NCBI GenBank assembly: GCA_964016885.1
Contig: OZ024741.1
Coordinates: forward strand, 203,422,001-203,486,000
Source: Eledone cirrhosa
Taxonomy: Eukaryota
Direction: 5' to 3'
Length of the DNA: 64,000 nucleotides
Position numbers and translations under genes: made by a program. Positions 52,101 through 64,000 of the stretch are shown piece by piece. Positions within the stretch are counted from its first letter, which is position 1; each line of letters starts with the position of its first letter. Under the pieces are notes generated by a model that saw only the letters and a program-made list of their open reading frames with translations, searched no databases and was not told the DNA's origin.

Positions 52101-52407
52101 GGATTTAAATGGATACTGTTCAGTAAAAGGAATTTATTGACACGTGTTTCAATAACAGTTATATAACCTGAAAACAGCTGCTATCTACAAAGTATTAATT
52201 ATGCAGACACTCAATATTTCAATGTTATTTTCAAATATCATTTCATCAGAATCTGATGAAATGATAGTTGAAAATAACATTGAAATACTGAATGTCTGCA
52301 TAATTAATACTTTGTAGATAGCAGCTGTTTTCAAGTTATATAACTGTTATTGAAACACGTGTCAATAAATTCCTTTTACTGAACTGTATCCATTTAAATC
52401 CTTCTAT
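52095..52407. mobile_element. Near-perfect hairpin cassette (155-bp arms, 3-nt loop) folding back at the hammerhead core
   Basis: 52095-52249 vs 52253-52407, centre TCATCAG-AAT-CTGATGA. Confidence 0.85.
52253..52368 (+). ncRNA. Type I hammerhead (helix I truncated); mirror copy 52134-52252
   Basis: CTGATGA-AATGATAGTTG...TAACTGTTATT-GAAA-CACGTG-TC-AATAA; palindromic ACACGTGT. Confidence 0.72.
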
Positions 52408-52503
52408 TTTCCCGGATTACTTTTGAAACTACAACTGGAACCGTCGAGCAAATCTACTGTCCATCTACTGTGTGTAATATTCATATTACAACACTACGGA
52501 AAA

Positions 52504-54008
<1,505 letters not shown>

Positions 54009-54101
54009 ATTATATATATATATTATATATATATATTATATATATATATTATATATATATATTATATATATATATTATATATATATATTATATATATATA
54101 T

Positions 54102-54135
<34 letters not shown>

Positions 54136-54143
54136 ATATATAT

Positions 54144-54406
<263 letters not shown>

Positions 54407-54642
54407 TATATATATATATATATATATTTCGTTTCTGAATTTATTTAGCAAGATTCTTTATCTGAAATCGTGTGTTGAAACCGATATTGTTATACTTTGG
54501 GAGGGTCATGTTGCCAATAAGAAACACACGCACCAGTTGCTTTCACTTCAATTTAATTTATTATATATTTATAAATTTACAAATTTATAAATTTCTGGTT
54601 GGTTGGTTGGTTCCACAACCAGATAGTTGTTTATATATATAT

Positions 54643-54687
54643 AGTCATAGTTCTTTCGTCACACACTCTGTGACCTCTTCAGTGACT
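54643..54687 (-). ncRNA. Minimal type I hammerhead in PLE pLTR
   Basis: AGTCA-CTGAAGA-g-GTCACA gag TGTGAC-GAAA-GAAC-TA-TGACT. Confidence 0.75.
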
Positions 54688-54970
54688 GGGGATTTCTTTC
54701 TTCGTTTCTGTGCCTTTCCTTTCTTCTATCCTACGCCATTTTGTTTGTGTGTGGGTTGCGTGCTCAGTTTGCGCATGCGCCACATCCGGGTGTCTGTGTG
54801 TGTTTGTGTTCATTTTTCTATTTTTCTATTTATATTTTTCTATTTGTTTGTTTATTTATTTATTTATTGTTGGTTGGTTGTTTGTTCTATGTGTGTGTGT
54901 GTTTTCATTTTGTGTGTGTTTTCAATTGTAAGTTGTTTGTTTTATGTGTGTGTGTGTTTTCATTTTGTCC

Positions 54971-57289
54971 TTAATTGTAAGTTGTGATGTTGCTGTTCCA
55001 CTCATATTTTCTATTTAATTTTGGTTTTAATTCTTTTATGCTTACTGCCTCTGTAATTTGCCTAAACATTGCGTCTTTCTTGTGTGTGGATTCTATTCTT
55101 ATTTCTATGCTCTCTAATTTACCCCTGTGTTCTATCTTAGCATGTTGGTAGAGCACAGATGATTCTTTATTATCTTGGAGGTCTCGCCAGTGTTCATTTA
55201 TTCGTTCCCCTATACTACGAGCTGTCTCACCTATGTACACTATATTTTTGTTTCTACATTGTCCTTCAGTACATCTTATGCTATATACTACATTTCTAGT
55301 TTTACAGTTAATATGGGGGCTTATTTTACAGGTTATACATTTCTTATCTATACATGAGGGTCTTTGGAACGGGTATGTCTTGCTAATAAGTGTTTTTACG
55401 GAGGTACCAGGTCTTTCTACTATCTTAATATTGAGATTATGTTTCTTTAGGGCCCTTCTAAATTTGTAGGCTAGTTCGCCTCTAGGGGTTGTATTGATGA
55501 ACATTATGCTCTGGTATTTATTGCTATCATACCATGAGTTTATTCTATTGGCCTTGTTCTTAGTTCTTTCTATTCTATTCCAAAATTTGCTCCTATACAA
55601 GGGGCAGGTCCCATTTATGTCATTATTTACCATTTTTTCCCATTTGGTTCTGGCTCCTTTATACACTCTGATTCTATCTCTCTGATTGTAGCCAGAGAAC
55701 TGCATACGGTGGATGAAATGTTGTATGTGTCTCTCTAGTTCTTCGGGGTTGCACATGCGGGACACATTTCTCATCACCCGTACCAAATCCGCAATCAGTA
55801 TGTTGATTTTGGTATGGTCCGAAATGGCCGAGTTTCGGTGGATCAGATGTTTGGAAGTCATGGGTTTGGCATAATGGGAATGGGGGATTTGTTTTTGGTT
55901 GTTAATTGTATCTAACCAGAGCTCTGTGTCTAGTACAGGTAATCGATGGTTGGGGTGTCTACTTGGGTAGTCTATAGTAACTCTAATGCTCTGGTGGATG
56001 GAGTTTGCTATTTGCTGGATGCTTTCCATTGTGTTTTTCTCTAGTTCCTGACTGTTCTTTAGTGGGGGTGTCTTAACTACGATGTTTATATCATCTACGT
56101 AGCGGGAGTACATTATCAGGGTTAAGCTGTCTTTTAATTGTTCATTAAGTTTTTGTTTAAGTCTACTGTCCCACCATACCATGAATAAGTTAGCTATGTC
56201 GCCTGCAATGCTAACACCAATGGCTGCTCCTTCCTCTTGGGCATATGTTTTACCATTAAATTTGAACATATGTTCCTTAAGGGTTAATTTTATGCTGGCC
56301 CCTACCGCATGTGCAATCATTTTCTTCAGTTCATCGTGGTTTTCGGGTGTCCGTATGGCTCTGGTCCACCCGTTCCATCTATCTGTGTGGGTTTTCTTGG
56401 CCATTGAGGTGATGGTAGGTGGTCTGCCTCTTGCTGGTCTTGTAGGGCACAGGTTGCTAAGGTCATAAGTGTCTAGGTAACTATTACTATGGGTAAGCTT
56501 AAGTAGAAGTCCCAGCTCACTGGTATCAATCCCACGGAACTCAACCTTGCTCTCGCTGATCATTTCGACGCATTTCTCCACAGCAAAATCCACGTCAATA
56601 GATGGATACAGGGACACAACATCCATACTGCCTATTATGCAGTTTGTTAGGTCCCCAGATCGGTTACCCGCGCCGATTCTGCTGAGGAGGTCCTCCGTGC
56701 TGTCACACACATCTGGGGACATCTCAATGATGGGGCGTATGATCAGGGAGAGGAAGTAGGACAGTCTGTAGTTACTAGCAATGTTAGCCCCACAGACTGG
56801 CCGTGTTGGTGGTCCCGCGACAGGGTCCCAGCCCGTTTTATGGTCTTTTCGAAGCCCATACAACGCCGGAACGTCATTGTTCCAGGCCTGGAAGTTGTTG
56901 GCAGTCCTTTTGTTGGGCTGCATTATATTTGTCCACATCACCATATGGGCATTGAGGGTTTTTTCTCTATCCTCATGCTCCTGTGGTGTTACCTCTCTTG
57001 TGTTAGTGATGTGGGGTTGCATTGCCTGGATGTAGTTTGGCAGGCTGTCAACCGACATTCTGCCAGACTTGTCTGTTGGAAAGCATGCTATCTCTCCATT
57101 ACGCGAGCGCTGCATGAGCTTACGCAAGCCATTTGCAGATTCTTCTCCCAGTTGCTGGGCCTCTATTCTATTATGCTTCTTGCTATACTGTTCTATAATA
57201 TTTCTAAGTTCGGATTTAGCTATACTAAATTGTGCTTCTGTTTGTTCATCGACCTGCGACGGCAACTGCGTGCGTTTGTTAAATGGCAA
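54971..57289 (-). CDS. PLE RT plus C-terminal GIY-YIG endonuclease (open 772 aa; frame continues upstream past one TAA)
   Basis: TDKSGR, LYGLRKDHK, TRPVCG, SMDVVSLYPSI, QEEGAAIG, YSRYVDD, LPVLD, C..CITC linker, NVVYSIRC..C..YIGET..ERINEH..H...H. Confidence 0.92.
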   Translation of the reverse strand: MPFNKRTQLPSQVDEQTEAQFSIAKSELRNIIEQYSKKHNRIEAQQLGEESANGLRKLMQRSRNGEIACFPTDKSGRMSVDSLPNYIQAMQPHITNTREVTPQEHEDREKTLNAHMVMWTNIMQPNKRTANNFQAWNNDVPALYGLRKDHKTGWDPVAGPPTRPVCGANIASNYRLSYFLSLIIRPIIEMSPDVCDSTEDLLSRIGAGNRSGDLTNCIIGSMDVVSLYPSIDVDFAVEKCVEMISESKVEFRGIDTSELGLLLKLTHSNSYLDTYDLSNLCPTRPARGRPPTITSMAKKTHTDRWNGWTRAIRTPENHDELKKMIAHAVGASIKLTLKEHMFKFNGKTYAQEEGAAIGVSIAGDIANLFMVWWDSRLKQKLNEQLKDSLTLIMYSRYVDDINIVVKTPPLKNSQELEKNTMESIQQIANSIHQSIRVTIDYPSRHPNHRLPVLDTELWLDTINNQKQIPHSHYAKPMTSKHLIHRNSAISDHTKINILIADLVRVMRNVSRMCNPEELERHIQHFIHRMQFSGYNQRDRIRVYKGARTKWEKMVNNDINGTCPLYRSKFWNRIERTKNKANRINSWYDSNKYQSIMFINTTPRGELAYKFRRALKKHNLNIKIVERPGTSVKTLISKTYPFQRPSCIDKKCITCKISPHINCKTRNVVYSIRCTEGQCRNKNIVYIGETARSIGERINEHWRDLQDNKESSVLYQHAKIEHRGKLESIEIRIESTHKKDAMFRQITEAVSIKELKPKLNRKYEWNSNITTYN

Positions 57290-58847
57290 AGTCGTGGCGT
57301 GGACTCGTCGTAGGTCGAATTATTTATCGGAGGGGTTATAAAACGGAGAGTTCCAGGCTGCTGCTTTATGTGTACTAGTGCTATTGTTATTGTTAGTTGT
57401 GTTGTTTCTATTTCCACCAACAGCAGCAGCCTCAGCTTCATGGTTGTTTCTATGTCTCTCATAATTACTCCTGTCTCTTTCCACTGGCTCAATGTTGTTA
57501 TCTACCCTATTTTGTGTGTCTGTGTGTTCGTCTTGGTTATTCTCTTTGTCCTTAGTCTCCCATCTCCTTTTCCTTTTAATCCTATTACTTTCTCTTATTT
57601 CTCTGATTTCTGTGCTACTGTCATTACTTGTTTTCTGTGTGTGTGTGTTTGTTAAGATTGTGGTGGTGGTGAGAGGCATTGAATGCGTGTGTGTTGTTGT
57701 TGTTGATGTGTGTTGTTGTTGATGTGTGTTGTTGTTGTCTCCGTGTGTGTGTGTGTTATCGTTGTTGTGTGTGTTGTTATTGTTGTTTGTGTTTGCGTGT
57801 CTGTTGTTGTTGTATCTGGGTATGTTGCTATTGTTGTTGTTGTTGATGTGTGTGTTGTTGTTATTGTTGTCTCCGTGTGTGTTGTTATTGTTGTTTGTGT
57901 CTGCGTGTCTGTTGTTGTATCTGGGTATGTTGCTATTGTTGTTGTTGTATCTGGGTATGTTGCTATTGTTGTTGTTATTGTTGTTTGTGTCTGTGTGTCT
58001 GTTGTTGTTGGGATGTGTGTTGTATATGTGTGTGCGTATATTGTTGCTTTTGTTTTTGTTTTTGATGCTCCAGCGTAGTTTCGTAAATGATTTTTCTATT
58101 TCTGACAGACAAATAATCATATTTACCTTCTTGAATGTCGCAAATTTGGGTGGCAGACGTAACACAGACATTTCATTATTATCTATTTCCGTGTTTCCAT
58201 AAATGTTGGTATTTTCATTGTTCAACAGACACGCAGACACAAACAACAATAACAACACACACGGAGACAACAATAACAACAACACACACATCAACAACAA
58301 CAACAATAGCAACATACCCAGATACAACAACAACAGACACGCAAACACAAACAACAATAACAACACACACAACAACGATAACACACACACACACGGAGAC
58401 AACAACAACACACATCAACAACAACACACATCAACAACAACAACACACACGCATTCAATGCCTCTCACCACCACCACAATCTTAACAAACACACACACAC
58501 AGAAAACAAGTAATGACAGTAGCACAGAAATCAGAGAAATAAGAGAAAGTAATAGGATTAAAAGGAAAAGGAGATGGGAGACTAAGGACAAAGAGAATAA
58601 CCAAGACGAACACACAGACACACAAAATAGGGTAGATAACAACATTGAGCCAGTGGAAAGAGACAGGAGTAATTATGAGAGACATAGAAACAACCATGAA
58701 GCTGAGGCTGCTGCTGTTGGTGGAAATAGAAACAACACAACTAACAATAACAATAGCACTAGTACACATAAAGCAGCAGCCTGGAACTCTCCGTTTTATA
58801 ACCCCTCCGATAAATAATTCGACCTACGACGAGTCCACGCCACGACT

Positions 58848-61167
58848 TTGCCATTTAACAAACGCACGCAGTTGCCGTCGCAGGTCGATGAACAAACAGA
58901 AGCACAATTTAGTATAGCTAAATCCGAACTTAGAAATATTATAGAACAGTATAGCAAGAAGCATAATAGAATAGAGGCCCAGCAACTGGGAGAAGAATCT
59001 GCAAATGGCTTGCGTAAGCTCATGCAGCGCTCGCGTAATGGAGAGATAGCATGCTTTCTAACAGACAAGTCTGGCAGAATGTCGGTTGACAGCCTGCCAA
59101 ACTACATCCAGGCAATGCAACCCCACATCACTAACACAAGAGAGGTAACACCACAGGAGCATGAGGATAGAGAAAAAACCCTCAATGCCCATATGGTGAT
59201 GTGGACAAATATAATGCAGCCCAACAAAAGGACTGCCAACAACTTCCAGGCCTGGAACAATGACGTGCCGGCGTTGTATGGGCTTCGAATAGACCATAAA
59301 ACGGGCTGGGACCCTGTCGCGGGACCACCAACACGGCCAGTCTGTGGGGCTAACATTGCTAGTAACTACAGACTGTCCTACTTCCTCTCCCTGATCATAC
59401 GCCCCATCATTGAGATGTCCCCAGATGTGTGTGACAGCACGGAGGACCTCCTCAGCAGAATCGGCGCGGGTAACCGATCTGGGGACCTAACAAACTGCAT
59501 AATAGGCAGTATGGATGTTGTGTCCCTGTATCCATCTATTGACGTGGATTTTGCTGTGGAGAAATGCGTCGAAATGATCAGCGAGAGCAAGGTTGAGTTC
59601 CGTGGGATTGATACCAGTGAGCTGGGACTTCTACTTAAGCTTACCCATAGTAATAGTTACCTAGACACTTATGACCTTAGCAACCTGTGCCCTACAAGAC
59701 CAGCAAGAGGCAGACCACCTACCATCACCTCAATGGCCAAGAAAACCCACACAGATAGATGGAACGGGTGGACCAGAGCCATACGGACACCCGAAAACCA
59801 CGATGAACTGAAGAAAATGATTGCACATGCGGTAGGGGCCAGCATAAAATTAACCCTTAAGGAACATATGTTCAAATTTAATGGTAAAACATATGCCCAA
59901 GAGGAAGGAGCAGCGATTGGTGTTAGCATTGCAGGCGACATAGCTAACTTATTCATGGTATGGTGGGACAGTAGACTTAAACAAAAACTTAATGAACAAT
60001 TAAAAGACAGCTTAACCCTGATAATGTACTCCCGCTACGTAGATGATATAAACATCGTAGTTAAGACACCCCCACTAAAGAACAGTCAGGAACTAGAGAA
60101 AAACACAATGGAAAGCATCCAGCAAATAGCAAACTCCATCCACCAGAGCATTAGAGTTACTATAGACTACCCAAGTAGACACCCCAACCATCGATTACCT
60201 GTACTAGACACAGAGCTCTGGTTAGATACAATTAACAACCAAAAAACAAATCCTCCATTCCCATTATGCCAAACCCATGACTTCCAAACATCTGATCCAC
60301 CGAAACTCGGCCATTTCGGACCATACCAAAATCAACATACTGATTGCGGATTTGGTACGGGTGATGAGAAATGTGTCCCGCATGTGCAACCCCGAAGAAC
60401 TAGAGAGACACATACAACATTTCATCCACCGTATGCAGTTCTCTGGCTACAATCAGAGAGATAAAATCAGAGTGTATAAAGGAGCCAGAACCAAATGGGA
60501 AAAAATGGTAAATAATGACATAAATGGGACCTGCCCCTTGTATAGGAGCAAATTTTGGAATAGAATAGAAAGAACTAAGAACAAGGCCAATAGAATAAAC
60601 TCATGGTATGATAGCAATAAATACCAGAGCGTAATGTTCATCAATACAACCCCTAGAGGCGAACTAGCCTACAAATTTAGAAGGGCCCTAAAGAAACATA
60701 ATCTCAATATTAAGATAGTAGAAAGACCTGGTACCTCCGTAAAAACACTTATTAGCAAGACATACCCGTTCCAAAGACCCTCATGTATAGATAAGAAATG
60801 TATAACCTGTAAAATAAGCCCCCATATTAACTGTAAAACTAGAAATGTAGTATATAGCATAAGATGTACTGAAGGACAATGTAGAAACAAAAATATAGTG
60901 TACATAGGTGAGACAGCTCGTAGTATAGGGGAACGAATAAATGAACACTGGCGAGACCTCCAAGATAATAAAGAATCATCTGTGCTCTACCAACATGCTA
61001 AGATAGAACACAGGGGTAAATTAGAGAGCATAGAAATAAGAATAGAATCCACACACAAGAAAGACGCAATGTTTAGGCAAATTACAGAGGCAGTAAGCAT
61101 AAAAGAATTAAAACCAAAATTAAATAGAAAATATGAGTGGAACAGCAACATCACAACTTACAATTAA
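58848..61167 (+). pseudogene. Mirror copy of the PLE RT-GIY-YIG ORF with a +1 frameshift near 60245
   Basis: A6 versus A5 run relative to the left arm; otherwise nearly identical. Confidence 0.9.
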
Positions 61168-61446
61168 GGACAAAATGAAAACACACACACACATAAAACA
61201 AACAACTTACAATTGAAAACACACACAAAATGAAAACACACACATAGAACAAACAACCAACCAACAATAAATAAATAAATAAACAAACAAATAGAAAAAT
61301 ATAAATAGAAAAATAGAAAAATGAACACAAACACACACAGACACCCGGATGTGGCGCATGCGCAAACTGAGCACGCAACCCACACACAAACAAAATGGCG
61401 TAGGATAGAAGAAAGGAAAGGCACAGAAACGAAGAAAGAAATCCCC

Positions 61447-61491
61447 AGTCACTGAAGAGGTCACAGAGTGTGTGACGAAAGAACTATGACT
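61447..61491 (+). ncRNA. Minimal type I hammerhead in PLE pLTR (mirror copy)
   Basis: Identical to 54643-54687. Confidence 0.75.
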
Positions 61492-61645
61492 ATATATATA
61501 TAAACAACTATCTGGTTGTGGAACCAACCAACCAACCAGAAATTTATAAATTTGTAAATTTATAAATATATAATAAATTAAATTGAAGTGAAAGCACTGG
61601 TGCGTGTGTTTCTTATTGGCAACATGACCCTCTCAAAGTATAACA

Positions 61646-61678
<33 letters not shown>

Positions 61679-61679
61679 G

Positions 61680-61726
<47 letters not shown>

Positions 61727-61945
61727 TATATATATGTATATATATATATTATATATATGTATATATATATATATTATATATATGTATATATATATATATT
61801 ATATATATGTATATATATATATATTATATATATGTATATATATATATATTATATATATATATTATATATATGTATATATATATATATTATATATATGTAT
61901 ATATATATACATTATATATATGTATATATATATATTATATATATG

Positions 61946-61976
<31 letters not shown>

Positions 61977-61995
61977 TATATATATGTATATATAT

Positions 61996-62760
<765 letters not shown>

Positions 62761-62919
62761 TATTTTTAACTCTGATACTGGTTCAGTCTGGTTCAAACTG
62801 AATTGGTCTGTCCCAGTCATTCATTGAGCAACATCGGTGAAGTTGGCACCCTTAACTCACAGTTGGGTGCGGATGCATTCATGTATATATGTGTGTGTCC
62901 GCATGTATCTGTGTGTTTC

Positions 62920-62959
<40 letters not shown>

Positions 62960-63168
62960 TTGTACTTGGGGAGAGTCATATTGTAATAATATTGCCAGAA
63001 ATAATAACAGAACACACTCAATGTTTGGTTGGTTTTCGCTTCTGTATCTTTGATATGTATGTATATATATGTATGTAAAATGTAAACAGAAATAACAACA
63101 CAATCGGCACAGTATACAGTATATGGAAGGGATATATTAGGTTAACGCTTGATATAGCAGGAAGAGGG

Positions 63169-63204
63169 TCTTAACGTTTCTGACGCTAGTCCTTCATCAG
63201 AAGA
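63169..63204 (-). ncRNA. Minimal type I hammerhead
   Basis: TCTT-CTGATGA-ag GAC tagc GTC a-GAAA-CG-TT-AAGA; palindromic AACGTT. An internally deleted relative lies at 1499-1521. Confidence 0.65.
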
Positions 63205-63362
63205 AAGAATGAGAAATAGGTTAGATTGAGGGGACGGGCGAAATAGGAGAAAATGTCTTTAGATAAAAATAACAGGTCCATTCATGTTGACATCTCTTGC
63301 AAAACTGTTGGTGCTGGCGTTTTGCGTATGATTTATTTTGTGAAAAGTGGAAGATGGAGCGC

Positions 63363-63420
<58 letters not shown>

Positions 63421-63611
63421 TATATATAGAGTTATAAACTCAAACAGTCTTTTACAATTAAATAGCTCAAAGAAAGAGATATTTCTGAGCCCTGAAATAC
63501 AAATTAATAGATGATAAACACTAATACAAGTATATAAGTGTTTGTATTGCAAATGACCAAGTTAGCTAGATTGAAAAATACTAATTAAATTAATACAGTT
63601 TGCCTGTCTCG

Positions 63612-64000
63612 ATTTAAAATAATAAATCAATAAAAACAAACCCATATTGGCAATAGCCGTGATACCTGGACAAATTTAAATTTCAAAACTCAAATCTGTT
63701 TCGCAACAATAAGTGAAAATTCCATTTCTAGTCCCATAAAAACGGCTGCTATTTCTGGCGGCACGAGTATAGGACTGGCTAGACGCTGGGACACCATGTG
63801 CGTTCAACAACACAGTTCTCTCAGTCTTCCTAAGTATTTTGAAGTGAAACATACCAATTTCTGGATACCTGCAGCTGAGCACAGAAATGGAATTTTCACT
63901 TATTGTTGCGAAACAGATTTGAGTTTTGAAATTTAAATTTGTCCAGGTATCACGGCTATTGCCAATATGGGTTTGTTTTTATTGATTTATTATTTTAAAT
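63612..64000. repeat. Inverted repeat (arms at least 118 bp, running off the window)
   Basis: 63612-63729 is the reverse complement of 63883-64000. Confidence 0.85.

Larger units (their letters stand above)
54484..61649. mobile_element. Head-to-head palindromic pair of Penelope-like elements (about 3.43-kb arms, 308-bp spacer)
   Basis: 54484-57914 is the reverse complement of 58223-61649 with only a handful of differences; TA tracts on both sides. Confidence 0.95.

Noticed and set aside
61170-61440. SECIS element or selenoprotein PLE, as in some Naiads
   Set aside because: No in-frame TGA in the RT-EN ORF (the one stop is TAA) and no AUGA/GA quartet recognisable.
63730-63930. Hammerhead in the terminal inverted repeat
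   Set aside because: A long hairpin and GAAA are present but no CUGANGA core or helix I could be placed.

Overview
Eukaryotic, AT-rich, microsatellite-saturated DNA with no recognisable host gene. It is probably a coleoid cephalopod such as Octopus, judged from the SINE family and the (TA)n density; this is an inference. The window is a nest of mobile elements: a young Ty3/Gypsy provirus (tRNA-Trp PBS, -1 frameshift signal), a non-autonomous Helitron, an R4/Dong-type RLE LINE in (CATA)n, three tandem Tx1/L1 LINEs in (GACA)/(GATA)n, a Buster-type hAT transposon whose empty site is also present, RTE and CR1-group fragments, tRNA-derived SINEs and several Penelope-like elements (PLEs). The main hidden signal is non-coding. 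Read by eye, about 15 well-formed type I hammerhead ribozyme motifs (CUGANGA...GAAA...NUH) and several decayed ones occur, belonging to roughly 10 unrelated sequence families. Most have a different palindromic helix III, and most sit in head-to-head fold-back cassettes inserted in (TA)n. These include a 1.3-kb retrozyme-like unit bracketed by direct-repeat hammerheads, a U3-A8 core variant, and a 7.2-kb near-perfect palindrome of a PLE whose RT has a long insertion between motifs A and B'. All structures were identified manually; no folding software or database search was run.
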